In this document: piece by piece, positions 48,611-62,871 of the stretch
Numbering within the stretch: the first letter of the stretch is position 1
How the letters are laid out: each line of letters starts with the position of its first letter
Assembly: GCA_028023455.1 (NCBI GenBank)
Contig: JAQFVV010000006.1
Span: 13,206,001-13,270,000 of the forward strand
From: Epiperipatus broadwayi
Taxonomy: Eukaryota > Animalia > Onychophora
Direction of reading: 5' to 3'
Length of the DNA: 64,000 nt
Program-made: the position numbers and the translations under genes
Notes under the pieces: model-generated
What the model was told of the DNA's origin: nothing
The model's database searches: none
What the model saw: only the letters and a program-made list of their open reading frames with translations

Positions 48611-51600
48611 CAGTCACACTCAACCTTTTTCTTTCGTGGGCCAAATATATTTGTGTGCTACATCAAGTAGCCTGCAACATGCTATATAAGCAATCGGCAA
48701 ACAATTGGTATCACATGCATAAAATGTCTGATTTCTCAATTCATGCATGCCACAGGTTGTAGATCACTCTATTATATCTTAGAATTAACATGTTAGTAAA
48801 ATCCAAACACTTCTATTTGTTGGAAACATTTATTTAAATATCAATGTGATTTTTGATATTGAGATAAACTTTTAATAATTTTAGATAAACCTGGTTATTA
48901 AGTGCTAGATGCTATTCTTAATATATCATCAAGGTGTGAATCAATAAGACTGTTTCCATACACATTCTTTACATATTTCATTTGCAAATATGATGATTTG
49001 CAAAGATATATCAATGTGAATAATGTGAGCAACATTAGTGCACACTTTTTCATAGTTTTATATTTTTCAGGCACTAATTTCCAAAATTCTATATACTCCT
49101 TTCCTCCATTTATGTCATTTTTAAATTCAATAAATTTGTCAAATAGCTTAACACAATCATGTTCAAATGCAACTAATTGTGTAATAGTTGCTATTTCTAA
49201 GTGCCAGGGATTTTCTATAAGTAAGAGACAATTCTTAATATTTCATAAATCTTGAAATCTACTTTTAAATTCTTTCAATAAGGTACCTAAATAATTTAAA
49301 ATAATTACATAGGTTTCTGAAAAAATATCAATACCATCTTGCTTAGCATTTGTCAATGTTGAAAAATGAAGTAATATTTGGTTTTATATATCTTGGCATT
49401 AAATATTTAGTTTTTCTTCAAAAGCAAATATTTTATTTGCCATTTGTAATATAATTTTATTTTCGCCTTGCAAACTAATATTAAGATCGCAAAGTTTTTC
49501 TGTGATGTCACATCAAAAAGCTAAACGACACCACCATTCATCACTGTCAAGCTCATTATAAGTTTTATTGTTTTCTTGTAAAAATGAAATAATTTCATGA
49601 CGTAATAAAAAAAAGTGATTCAAAAGTTTACCTCTGCTTAGCCATCACACGGAAGCATGCAAATGTACATCATCATAAGTATTATTTATTTCTTCCAAAA
49701 GATTTTTAAATTTTCTGTGGTTCAATTCTCGGGCTTGAATATAATTCACAATGTATATGAGAATGTTCATCACAGCATCTACTTTTTAAATGGATATATG
49801 TGCCCCCAAGTTTTCTTGGTGAATTAAATAATAAAATGATAAGAGATTTGTTAGATTATATTTCTTTTTTAATAAAGAAACAAATCCCTTTTCAGATCCA
49901 ATCATTGAAGGACATCCATCAGTGCATACAGAAAGCAATTTTTTTATTTCAGTATTATTATTTATTTATTTTTCTCAGTGATGAAAGTTTATTTATCAAA
50001 AAAATGTACAAATATAGTTAAATAAGGTTTACAAAGAATGGTAAAACTGAAATTCAGGAGCAACATGATGAAAGGGGAAGGATACATATGAAAAGGAAAG
50101 GGATGTGGAAAGGGTGTGTATTAACCACTAAAGACAAATAAATGTTACAATTACGAATTATTTTAAAATCTAGAGTTTAAATATGAGTAGCATTTTAGGA
50201 GCACAATATTGAGAAGTCCAATTTGCGATGGATAAGTTGATAATAAGAAAAGACTTGGAGATAACAACATTGGAAATAATAAATTTAAATAGGGTGAATC
50301 ACTTGCAATTAAAATCATTAGGCCAAACTGCGGTTTATTTTGCAATAATACTTGGATAAAATCGTTTATAACAAGAAAGCTAAAACCGCTATGAATAGCG
50401 TTTTTTTTTCTTCTTGTGAATGATAAAATCAACGTTCACCACAACACCCTCATTCCAGTCCTCCCCCTCAAAAGAACCAGGAATTAGACCTCTGGGGCCC
50501 CTCCCAACAACCAGACTCTTTCATTCAATCAGCAAAGTTGATTGTAATGAAAATTTTAATTAAAAGGTACAATTAGGAATTATTTGTAAAGTCTAGAAAT
50601 CAAATGTGAATGTGTTTTAGGAGGACAATATTGGAAAATCCTATTTGAGGTAGATAAGTTGAGAAATAGGAAAACACTTGGAGATAATATAAAATATAGA
50701 CTAAATCAATCTAACTGTTAGTTCTTCCAAATGGCTTTGAATATCTTCATAAGAGAGCATTTCCGAATACTTTGGAAAAATTATGGAAAAACTATGGAGA
50801 ATAAGGAAAAAAAATCGAAGCTTCAAAATGTCTCTGCTGAAAACCATTCTAATCCATCATGGAAATCACATGAACAGCAAAAGGCCAGCCTTATCAATAA
50901 CAGCATTAGAAGTAATAAAATTAAATAAGGTAAATCACTTGCAATTAAAATCATGAGGCCAAACTGCAACTTATTTTGCAATAATACATGGATAAAACCA
51001 TTCATTATGATAACGTTAAAAAATCACCATAAATAACATTATTTTTTCTATCTTGTGGATGAGAAAAAACCAAAGTTGGTAATGATCACCACAACACCCT
51101 CACTCCAGTCCCTCAAAAGAACTAGGATTTAGGCTCCTGGGGTCCCTCCAACAACAGGATTCTTTTATTCATTCAACAAAATTAAATGAAATGAAAATTT
51201 TCATTAAAAGGTAAAATCTCTGTAGAAATCTTTTGTAATTTCAGTGGCTGCCATATATTTATATAGCGTTTTTATAAAAGTTGAAACTATTCTTACTTGT
51301 GATTACATTGTTGATATAGCTTGCATATGAAAAGAGAGCTTCTCCAGAAAAGTACAAATACTAGTGAGAAAACCACTATCTCTTGTTTGATTCTTCATAG
51401 GAAGAAATTTCAAAAAATCTTCATAAATTGAATTCTGTTCCATACAGTATGTGATGTTGCTGAAATGTCAGTACTAGAATCAACAGCCAAACTAAAATAT
51501 CTGTAGTTTTTCAAATCTTCTATTATAATATCAAAAATATGTTTTGTAATATCTTCAGTATGGCTAATCCAAGTAGAATCTGACAGTTGTAATTTCTTAA

Positions 51601-52925
51601 TTTGCAATAATATTTGATTTTTATTATTAAATCTATCAAATAATATATTTGAAGCATTTATGAAACATTCTTTCACAACTTCAGCATCTGTAAATGGTTT
51701 CATATTTTTGCCAAGTATATAACAAATTTTGTATGATGCTCGTATCACCACTGCTTCTTGTGAGATTGCCACTGACATAACATTTTGTTGCTGTTGCAAT
51801 GATTTCTTGAAGAAAGCTAATTTTTCACTTCTTATTAAAGACCCATGAGCAAAAATGTCATTAAATAATTTATGTTTCGTGGTGTAATGATGATCAATGT
51901 TATATTTTTTAATGTGACCCTTTCTTGACAAATCAAATACATTCTTGAACCTTTGTTATCTAATACAACAAAATATTCCTCATCCCAATTGTCTTGAAAT
52001 ATTCTATTTTCATTTGATAATTTTAAAATAAAACCAAATATATTGACTGAAGACTCTATAATTGACCAATCAGAAGTTTGAAACTTTAATTCAATCAGCC
52101 AATAGTCCATGTTTTTGAAGACAAGATGAGACATATTAGTTTTATACATGAATTAACATAAATACAGATGTGTAGTATTTTATGTCAAATTATAATTTAA
52201 ACACCATAATGATGTCTTCAAGCAACAAACGAATATAAATAAAATGCAAATCCATAATTTGTCAGATTATAAAAGGTTTTTTAAAAAATAAATTTCTAAT
52301 TATAATTGATGATAATAATCTAACGCAGTCCATTTAAAATAAATGCTTACCATCCAATTATAAATTCCAGCCATAATTCATTGAATTCCTCATCAATATG
52401 TTTTAGTGTAAAAGTAAATATTTTTGACTAAAATCTGAAAAACAAGTGGGTAAAAAAAAAGTTTAGCAAATTATGTTTTCGAATTCAAAACATAGAAATA
52501 CACCTGTCAAAGTCATGGATTGGTGCTCCATTGTGAAGACAAGAAGAAACAACCAATCAGAAGCTTGAAAAGATAGATTTACGTCATTATTATACCATTA
52601 AATTTAAATATTATTTACTTTTTTACTTGTAAAAAAATACTGAATGTGCTAAAATCAGCAAAACAATGCTAAAGATAGCAAGTTGAGAGCAAGGATAAGC
52701 CATATATGAAGATACTTGGGTATTTCTGGTATAGACTTGGCAGGTTCTTCAGATCTGTAAAATTGGAAAAAAAAAAAAGAGAGATAACGTTATTAGTGTG
52801 TCAATAAAAAAATCAATCACATGTGGTTATTCATTAATTAAGAAGAGTGTTATCACATCTGTTTCCATCAGTCTATTACTGGGCCACACATAAAAGCTTG
52901 GCAGGCTGCAGATTGAGTATGACTG
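48611..52925 (-). mobile_element. Full-length but dead hAT transposon (SPIN/Buster-like, GTF2IRD2/ZBED5-related transposase), 4.3 kb with nested insertion
   Basis: TIR CAGTCACACTCAACC / GATTGAGTATGACTG; TSD GTCTAAGG (48603-48610, 52926-52933); transposase pieces KPFTDAEVVKECF, YFSLAVDSSTDISA, SVCTDGCPSMIG..KGFV, V*WLSRG. Confidence 0.95.
50020..51375 (+). mobile_element. Nested insertion inside the hAT transposase: two related RTE-like RT N-terminal fragments, each followed by the same ~200-bp C-rich block
   Basis: 50200-50610 aligns with 50620-51215 (GAATCACTTGCAATTAAAATCA..GGCCAAACTGC; CCACAACACCCTCA.TCCAGTCC); EVQFAMDKL..RK..GDN is RT-N-like. Confidence 0.6.
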
Positions 52926-53034
52926 GTCTAAGGCAAAAACCATATTAGGGTTTGAGTTATTTAAACTGAAATAATTGTTTGCAAATAGATCATGTCTTTG
53001 TTTAAAACATGTATCTTATAAAAATGTATTATTA

Positions 53035-53243
53035 AAATTAATTAAATAAATCGACCTTTCTATTATGACGATAACAATGGTTATTTTATTTTATATTTAA
53101 TCAATCTGGCAATTTTGACTGTCTGATAATCTTCTTCAGAATTCTGAAAAAAACTTTCCGCTAGTTGAAATTGTCAGATTGATTAAATATAAAATAAGCA
53201 TTGTTATAGTGATAATAGAAAGGTGGATTTATTTAATTATTTT
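53035..53243. repeat. Imperfect fold-back (about 75-bp arms, ~50-bp spacer)
   Basis: TAAATAAATCGACCTTTCTATTATGACGATAACAATG versus CATTGTTATAGTGATAATAGAAAGGTGGATTTATTTA. Confidence 0.85.
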
Positions 53244-53819
53244 GTAATTTTATCAATGCATAGAGAAGGTATAAAGTAAAAGGAAAAATATTATTAAATG
53301 AATACATCTACTAAAATTATGGGTATGTTAATATGGCCCAAAACAGCCTCAAGTGCAATAATCACATGCTAAGAAGTCATCATCATCATCAACAAACTAA
53401 CTTTTCAGCAGTGGTTTATTCAAGGCCTATCTGCAAAATCAATGTGAGCTCATGTTTATCGAAGAAACAAACAATATATTGCACATTTTATAGTGACACA
53501 AATATAATAAGAGAATAAATAAATCTGACATCATTACTGAAAACAATATTATTCACTAAATTTTTAATTTCATATTTTTCAAAATTTATAAGAAATATAG
53601 TAGTCCCCCCCCCCCAGTTCCAGTTCCAACATAAAGCAGTTTGGAAAAAAAAAATTTTTTTAAATGAGAAAATATAAAGAAGCTCACCCAAGCAATAAAT
53701 AAATAAAAAAATCATAAGTTGCTTTATCACACAAGTGACATAGTAAATTGATAAATTTGCATATTAACTAATTTATATGTTCATTTACTTATAAATCTGA
53801 CTTTGTGCTGATGTGATGT

Positions 53820-54113
53820 GATGCACTGTGACTTCTCCTTATATGGAGTCAGGAATCTCTCAGCAACTATGCCCAGAGAAACCTGTTAGCCACTTTACCT
53901 TCCCTTTGCATTCTCCACCCTAAGTTTTCCCATAATATGCTTCATCCCATTTCCACAACATAATCTTTGTCAACTCCATGACCTTCATATCTAAATCCCC
54001 CTTATCTTTTTCCAAACCTAGCATAAAAACCAATAACTCACTTTCTGTATAATCACTTTGTTCATATTTAATCTTCCATAACTTCATTATTTGTACCCTT
54101 TCTGCTTCCAAGC
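53820..54113 (-). mobile_element. 5'-truncated LINE 3' end (family of 54730-55490) with (CACAT)n tail
   Basis: Close match to 55185-55490 in the opposite orientation. Confidence 0.85.
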
Positions 54114-54729
54114 TATGAATACGTCGAAAGCAGCGCTATGCTGTGGTGTATTTATAACTTTATTAATATTTCCTGTATAATGAACTAATCCTATTTATTG
54201 AATTTAAAAAAAAAGATTAAAATTCACTAATCTGATTTCATAAATTTTATGTGTCTACTTTACAAATACGTCATCTCTCCTCTTTTTATCAGTCAATTTT
54301 GTAGCCTTATCTATTTTTTATGCATGGTGCTAAGGAATCTTTAGATATATAGTTGCTCTCTCTCTCTCTCTCTCCCCTCTCTCCACCTCCCTCCCTCCCT
54401 CTCAATTTGATACTAAGCTCCTCAATTCAATTACTCTATTTTTGTGCTTTTTATTTTTCTTGTGTTTAATTTGGATCACTTTCAAATTAAATTTGGTTTA
54501 TGACTATGGATTAAAAACATATATTACATAAGATTTATTATCCACATTTTCAAATTTTGGTACTAAAACTTGGAACTATGTGGCTATGAGTACAGGCACA
54601 ACTTTTGTAGGTTTCCATTCATCTATACCAACACTGGCCATATTCCAATAACAATCTCTCGTTTGATCTTCTCAAATTAATTGAATTCAATTTAATATTG
54701 ACAAAAGTACTAATTCAATTAGAAATAGT

Positions 54730-55490
54730 ATGAATTCATTCATAGAGGGGGCTCTATTGATTTCTAGAGGGGAGGCAACAAGATGGGTGAGAAAGGTAAT
54801 GCGGTATGCAAAAGATTTGGATAAAGAATTTATATCAGTATACTTGTACAAAAGGTGGGATAATTGTGTTAGGAGGAATGTTGAGTGTTATAGTGGTGAG
54901 GAATGGAATAAAAGAATAGATACATTAATAAAGAATAAAAAGTTGGAGAGATGGAGAACTAGTATGGAGAGTAAAAAGAGATTAACTATATATAGAAGTA
55001 AACGGAACATTGGGTGTGATTTAATTTATGATAATAGCAAGGAAAATAGTTTATTGTTTAAGGCTCAAAAGGGATCTTTAGCAACAAGAGAATATACATG
55101 TAAATGGAAAAATATGGGTGATTTAGTCTGAAAATTGTGTAAGGAAGGCATAGAAAATATTAGGCATCTGTTAATTAAATGTAAATGCTTGAAAGCAGAA
55201 AAGATACAAATAATGAAGTTATGGAAGAATAAATATGAACAAAGTGATTATACAGAAAGTGGGTTATTGGTTTTTATGCTGGGTTTGGGAAAAGATAAGG
55301 GGGATTTAGATATAAAGGCCATAGAGTTGACAAAGATTATGTTGTGGAAATGGGATGGTGCAGATTATGGGAAAACTTAAGGTGTGGAATGAAAAGGAAA
55401 GGTAAAGTGGCTAACAGGTTTTTCTGGGCATAGTTGCTGAGAGATTCTTGACTCCGCTTAAGGAGAAGTCACAGTGCATCACATATGTTT
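54730..55490 (+). mobile_element. LINE 3' remnant with CCHC-type zinc finger
   Basis: ORFs 54730-55131 and 55135-55380 are separated by one stop: IYDNSKENSLLFKAQKGSLAT...LCKEGIENIRHLLIKC. Confidence 0.8.
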
Positions 55491-56769
55491 TTAACTCTGA
55501 ATTATAGGGAATTATATGGTTAGTGGTCACAATTTAGCATGCTACATTAAAAGAATATGACTATGGGTAGAATATATTAGAGTGCTATAATTAGATATGG
55601 TGTTGAAGTCTTAGAGGGAAAAAATGTTTGGTGCAAAAGTCAAAAGAAAGAAGCGTGAAAAATATTAACCAGACTAATGGACCAGTAAGTTATATATATA
55701 TGTGTGGCAATATTTATGTATCCCGAATTGGTTTATATAGCCATCGCAAAATTGCTGGTGGCTATAAGTAATTGTATATTTATGACATCTTTGCATAAGC
55801 AATGCGGAAAATAAATAAATAACTGAATATTGCGCAGGAGTTTACAAGAAGTTAGAACGCCGCATATTCCAGAGCTAGAATCGATCGAAGTACTTTTACG
55901 TACCAGAGAACACAGACAAGCTATGCATAGATTTACTCTGATTAAAGTAATAAATGTATTTGCAATTACTTTAATACTTAATATCACTTTTTCTAGCTTC
56001 AAATTATTTTATATAGTATTACGGTAAAAATTAACCAGAACTAAATTATCTACAGTAAAATTTACAATTAGAATTAACTCTTGAAAGCACGCGGAACGGA
56101 ATAATCCGGCGCTAAACTGTAAATCTGGTTTTGTTTGTCTCTCGCGCTCATTTAATAATCTGCTTAATGAGCGTTTAATTATTTAGTTAACAAATTGGAG
56201 AAGTTAATTATTAAACTAAGAAGATTTTCACTCCTAAGTTTATTAACTCTGTTCTAATAAACAGGAAATCTTGATAATTAATTGCATAAGATTAAACCAA
56301 TTAATTATAATTTACTTTATAACATCTGGAAGTGTATAAGGTGAATACCTCTTTCTAAACTAAGAGTAAATATTAGTTCTAAAGCATTAATATATTAAAC
56401 TTTATAATTAATAATCACCCATAGATAAATCTAATTTCATTCTTGTAAGTTCAGATATTGTTTTATCTAGGGGGGGGGGGGGCTAAAAGAAGCAAACCGC
56501 GACTTCAGCGTCCGTAGGAGTAAGACATCGCGTCAACCAGTGCTGGCAACCATTTCATATTACAATCATATTTTTTTTATTTTTATAATCAACGCAACGT
56601 ATGACCATGCCAAATTAAACTGCGATCGTTACCCTCTAATTAATAATAACTCCATCTCTTTTACTGAATTACTACTCAACAAAATAGAGAGAGATGTATG
56701 TTAGGGTTATCAAGAAGAAATCGAAAACGAAATACATGATAAGAAAATAAACAAATATTACTGGCATTA

Positions 56770-57020
56770 TTGAAAAAATAAAGAGACTGAAGATGCCTAT
56801 ACATATATCTAGAAGAGATGGAAGTAGATGGATAATTAAAATCTTAAACTGGGTTCCAAGAGATTGTAAAAGACCTAGAAATAGACCGCGTATGAGATTG
56901 ATGGATGAAATAAGAAAGTTAGCTGGTGCGATATGGAGAAAAAAAGCTAGAGATTAAACTTGGAGAGACCTTCATCTTGTAGGGATTGATAATAGCTGAA
57001 AATGATCGATATAATGATAA
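56770..57020 (+). mobile_element. RTE LINE 3' end
   Basis: ILNWVPRDCKRPRNRPRMRLMDEIRK; homologous to 17545-17850. Confidence 0.85.
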
Positions 57021-58179
57021 TTTGATGGTTAAATAAGTTGGCTAAGAATTCCGTATCTGAAAGCAAATCCTAAATCTGCTTGTGTTCTGAAAATCTATCC
57101 AAGATTCATCTAGCCTGGATTCAAATTCAAAGTCATGATCATCTCAAGAAACTGCATTAATTATTATGCTATGAGATCTTAAAAAAAATTATTTTTCATA
57201 TATATATATGCAATTATGACATGTGCTTATTTTCTTCTGCGCGCTTATACTTAGCACAAGTATAATACATTTGTGCCAATTTTTTGTTTGTTTTTTTTAT
57301 TGAAACCCAATCTAGGAATTATTTTAAATAATATTAAATAACAACGAATGCTAAAAGTTCTTCAACAGTTCATGTAACCCTTAGAAGATATTGCATTGTA
57401 TTCTCACAATGAATGAACCCCAGATCTTCCGTTACTGCAGCTAGCATTACTTATGTAATCTTTGTTTTAAAGCACGCATATATACATAGCTTATATAACC
57501 TTTACTTATACATTCACCCCCCCCACCCACCCAATTGATTACTAATTTGAATCCCAAAATAATTTATATCCTCATACGTTTTGTGTGAGATTAAATATAT
57601 TTAAAACCATGTGGTTTTAATTTTATGAATACATATATAGCACTTAATGTTTTCCTGAAGATTTAGTGATGATCACAAGATATATAGCACATTTATATAC
57701 CATCATGCCAGTGATCTGGGTTTGAATTCAGTAAAAATTAGAAATCGGTAATCATTAACCAACTTAGCTGTCCATTTAATTAATAATCACATAAATAATA
57801 GTTACTTTAATTAGAGAATAAAAACAAAATCAGAAAGATAAAATTTCTAACTGTTCAGAGTTAGAAAACCAAGTGAGTAATGTTCTTTTCTTAATATTTC
57901 CTGCAGGGATATTGGAGATATATCCAGTGGAATATTTAAGAACTGTTTATATGTATATAAATAGCTATAAAGAAGGAGGGATAATTAACTGAGAGAAAAC
58001 TTTTTAATTCATGAGACTTTAAATAAAACCACATGGTTTGGTGCAGTACTTAAATTTTTTACAAACAATCAGAATAAAATTTTAATTATCTCGATTTAAA
58101 TTGTTATGTTGCAATTACTGTGTAATGTTTGCCATGGTAAGTGAATGTGGAGAGATTGTTTATCAACATGGTAGCATTA

Positions 58180-58460
58180 TGAGTTTAAAACCAATAAAAC
58201 ATCACATGATCACCATTTCCTATAATTACATAAGCTGTTAAAACAGTTGCAACTCATCATACAGTAGTGTCACACAGTGCAAGCCTTAGTAATCAATGGA
58301 TGCAAAAAGATGTGTGCATAAAATCCTTATCTAGTGCCTACTCATTTAATCTCTCTGGACTAGTTTCTAGCTTGTGGCATTCATCAGTGAGTTCAGTTCT
58401 ATATGACTATATAAGCAAATGAGCTTGGATTGAAAACATTAGTGTTTTCATTTTGGTTTC
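58180..58460. mobile_element. Family B fragment with HHR (58352-58391 minus) and inversion starting 4-5 nt upstream of the core
   Basis: CTCA-CTGATGA-ATGC(CACAA)GCTA-GAAAC-TA-GTC; 58392-58460 matches 35032-35100 in the opposite sense. Confidence 0.8.
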
Positions 58461-58469
58461 ATAGCTTTC

Positions 58470-59570
58470 ACCAACATCACTTTCAACCATTATCAAACCA
58501 TTGCAGGATGAAGTTCTCTCCAAATTTAATCATTCCCCAATCTCTACCTTTTCTTCTCTGCAACATCCCAGCACACTTTCCTTATTTCATCTATCCATCT
58601 CATATGTGGTCTCTTTCTAGGCTGTTTACAATCTCTTGGAATCCAGTTTAAGATTTCAACTGTTCATCTATTTATCATCTCTTCTAGCAATATGTCCATC
58701 CCAACTCCATGTCAGTCTCTTAATTCTTTCAATGATGTTAGTAAAACCTGTTTATTTTCTCACCCATGCATTTCATTTTCTATTTCTTCCTGTTACTCCT
58801 AACGTGCATCTCTCCATACCTCATTGAATAGTCCAAAGTCTCTATATTGCTCTTCCAGTAAGTGTCCAAGTTTCAGATCCATAAGTAAGAAGTGGTAGAA
58901 CATATTTATTAAAAATCTTCTTTGTTAAACACATAGACATTTCTACGAAAAGCATTCCAAACAAATTTAATTTTATGCTTAATTTTATCCATCATGTTTC
59001 CATTTGTAGTAATAATCTGAAGAAGTTATTTGTAGTTGTTAACTGCTTCTAATTTATCATTACCAATCTTTATTTTCTTCTTTTGAGAAAATCCATTGAA
59101 CATTACTTTAATCTTTTTAACATTTACCTTCAGACTTACTTATTTACTTTCATCTGATGACTCTTGCAACCTTATTTGCAAAAGTAAGTACATCATTTGC
59201 AAAATCTAGATGACTTAAATAATCTCAATTTACTTTTACTCCCTTAAAACTCACAAAATACTTTTTGCAAAACTGCTGTGAAAAGTTTTGGAGATATGGA
59301 GTTATCCTGCCATAACCCTTCTCAATGTTAATCATCTCAATATCATTATGCAATCTAATTGTTGCTGTTGTATTTTTATAATATTTTTCAGAATATGATA
59401 ATATCCTGGGTCTATACTCTGAAGATCCAATGCTTTGATCATTGAAGAAATGCTTATAGAATCAAATGCTTTTTTATACTAATGGCAACTCATATTCATT
59501 AGTCCTTTCTATAATTTTTCTTAATACTTGAATATGATCCACTGTGTTAAAACCATCTTTAAATCCAGCT
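58470..59570 (-). mobile_element. RTE LINE remnant (RT domains to 3' end)
   Basis: IIERTNEYELPL, DSISPKLFTAVLQKVF, YLSHLDFANDV; 3' end homologous to the 17545 copy. Confidence 0.85.
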
Positions 59571-62500
59571 CATTCTTTTGGTTGGTTACAATCCAAAGTT
59601 TACTGTAAACAAATTTGTATTTATCTGGTAAAAATTTTGTATAGAACTGATAAAAGACTAATAGTCTGTAGTTTCTAATATCTTCTTTATCACTTTTTAC
59701 AAATATTTCTTGATAAGAGACTAATTAATTAATGGAATAGACTATAAATTACCTTATAAGGAAATGAATTCATAAGACACCAATTAATTAGCTATAGACC
59801 TAAAAACATTACCGTATATGGAAGAAAGTGATTAATTGTATGAGTAATTAAAAACTATAAATAGAGTAAGCAACAAGGTGCGATGTTCATTTTCCAGTTC
59901 ATGATGAAGAGAGATGTAAATGACAGTTGCTTCAGTGAGAGTGCAGCATTTAATGAAAATGTGTTTATGGGCAGTAGCTGAACAGGCCCAAATAGTTTGG
60001 AAAATGGAAGCCAGAGGAAACTGTCTGGTTAACATCTAAATGTGAAGAGTTGATTTTCCAGTGGATTTCAATGAGCTTACTAAGCGGACTATTGCTGAGA
60101 GACAGAAGTGATTGCAGCTAAAAGACGTTCATAGTAATGGTCACAGTGCTCTATGACAAATCCAGATGTGTTCACATGCAGCTGAACTGGACCAGGGCCA
60201 AAAGTTCGGGAAACCAAGGCCAGTGGTAACCATCTTGAAGACAGCCAGTCTTAAAGTGCTTCAAGGGAAGTGAACAAAATAGAACTCTATATACATTTGT
60301 GTTAAGTGTGTAGCAGACTGTTTGCTATTCTTATTATATATCATTTTGTTTATTGGGATTCGGAATGCCTGCATTTTGAATACACAGCACAAACATATAC
60401 TGATTTTTATAAAATTAAATTTATAATGTTTTGAATTCTAAGAATTTGAAAGGCTCGTAAATAAATTACAGCTTATTAAATGTCTAATGAAATAATGATG
60501 TCAGAAAAAATTATTGCGGTAATTCGCAAGCCACATTCTCAAAGAATCATTCAAATGAACTTGCAAATACTGCTTATCAATTCTGATTTATTTGAAGATA
60601 AAAAAATGACTAACGTAAATAAATTATGATTTATCAAATATGTAGAGCTGCTATATAAATGGGCATTGATATAAGAAAAGAACATTATTTACAAGTTCAT
60701 TTAAATGATTAACCTTTTATCAGTTCAAATACAGATGACATAATGCCGAAGTACTGAAAATTCCATGTGAGGTATATCTAAACTATCAGTAAATGTAAAA
60801 TGTAGAATGAGCCCCTATACTTGCATTTTCATTGTATATAAGCTTACCATTTACTGACATACTTACACACAGAGCATGATTTATATATATCAATATAATT
60901 TCAAAACAACTGAAAGCTATTCTAAAATCAAGAGTAGATGACTCATGCTACATTTAAGTTTACTGACAGTTAGTTTACATATAACTCACTAGGGTTTTTC
61001 AGTACTTCCTCATTATTTAATTTTAAAGTTATAAAATACTGTAAACATTATTGAGGGCAGCACTGAACCGGAAATGGATTTTAGAATTGCTATTATTTTC
61101 CATTCATTTATCATTTAAAATATTAAATTAAAAATTTTTTTGCTGTTCATAACCAAGTATGATTATTATTATTTGGAGAAGAACTTTTTTCACACTGATA
61201 ATTGAAGAATACATTCTACTTTCAAAAACACTGGTTGATAAATATTTGACTGTAAATGTTTTACTAAGTAAAAAATTGAATTCACGGTAGATTATTTGTT
61301 CCCATATTTCCCTAAATAATATTAAAACTCCAATCAAGCTCAAAATTTTTTCCTATATTTTGTTAAATTTCACTACTGGTTTTGTAAAACGTCGTAAACA
61401 TTAAGAAAATCATATAGTAATATCAGAAATTAAGCAGGGGGGGGGGGTAGATTTGAGCCAACGCATTTACCCCCCCCCCCTCTTAAAATTTTTTTTTACC
61501 TTGGATATCGTATTATGTACACAGCAAAATATTTAATATTTATAATTTAGAGAAATGTCAGTTATATAATTGGGAAAATACTGTAACTTGATTAAATATG
61601 GAATAACATTACAAGGTGTTAAAAAGCGGATAGAAACCAGTTCCTTCCACCTTATGTGAGAATGGTGTAGTGAAAATTGCAATATAGAAATATTCATTGA
61701 ACATCATCTTTTAATTTCATTTTAGCTCTATTTTGTAATTACAATAAAATAAATTAACGGTTAGTTTCTAAGGAAGTCAAATGATATTCAAGCATCAGAG
61801 ATAATAATATAAACATTGATCCAGGGACATTTACTTCTTGAGTTCAAGCATTAAACACTGAAAGAGAGTTGTGATAGCTATTGCATCAAAAATTCATGTC
61901 CAACATTTAAAAAGAAATATGTTAAATGATCAAGTTTTTTTTTTTAAATTATATTTTATATATATTGTAGATAATATTATGAAAAGATCAATATGTTAAT
62001 TACTAGTGCAGTGGTACAGAAGCGGACTCTGGTGGTCGACTGGCGAACTCTGGAGCTCAAAATCATAGGTCACATCGGGCAAGCTCACGTTTGAGGCTCA
62101 AATTTGTTGTGAACAACCAAGCAACAAACCAATTAATTTAGCTTAGTCACTTCCGGTATTCAAATGTCACATAATCTCCCATGCAACAAACCATTCAATT
62201 GTTTATTTAAGGCAGATAATTAGGCATAGAAAGATGTAGTTCACATCAAGTATGTGGAAAAATCAGATAGAATTAAAGAAAAAAAAAGTTGATAGATGAT
62301 AAAAGGATGTTGATTCGTGGAGGTGGAGGAACTGTTTATTGCTTTAAAAATTCATTTAAAATACCTGACTTTTTTTTTTTCACGTATTACGGCAATGATT
62401 AATTACTTTTTGATGCTATTCTACTTTAAACTGTTTCTAAATTATTTGATTCCAGTTTCACTGAGATCAAAAGTACTTAAAGGAATTTGAATAATAAAAA

Positions 62501-62824
62501 AAAAGATCAATATTTTTACTTCTTAAACTGAAGTGTTTTTCACTTTGTTAAAAGAATAGATTCGGGCTGTCAATTTATCAATATCTTTGGTCTCATAAGA
62601 GAGTTTGGAAAAGAAAATTTTCTCATAAGAGTGACACTTTATAATCCAATTATTTTTTGTCATTGAAAATAAGTCTTTTTAAGAAGTTTTAATATGACTT
62701 CTAAGCAAAGTTCAACAAACTTTTTAAAAATGTTTATGAACTTTACTTAGTTTGCTTTTATCAAAGCGTCGTACTTTGTAACCAACACTATTTTAATATT
62801 AAAATAGTCAAATGGTTTACTGCT

Positions 62825-62871
62825 CGGAAGTTCACAAGAAATTTGAACACCGGAAGTTATGAAACGGAAGT
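62825..62871 (+). promoter_or_regulatory. Cluster of three ETS/GABP-like CGGAAGT motifs in a CpG-containing patch
   Basis: CGGAAGT at 62825, 62851 and 62865; a further CCGGAAGTG on the minus strand at 62148-62156. Confidence 0.35.

Noticed and set aside
59880-60290. GC-richer segment resembling coding DNA
   Set aside because: All frames I checked close within ~35 codons and no domain was recognised.
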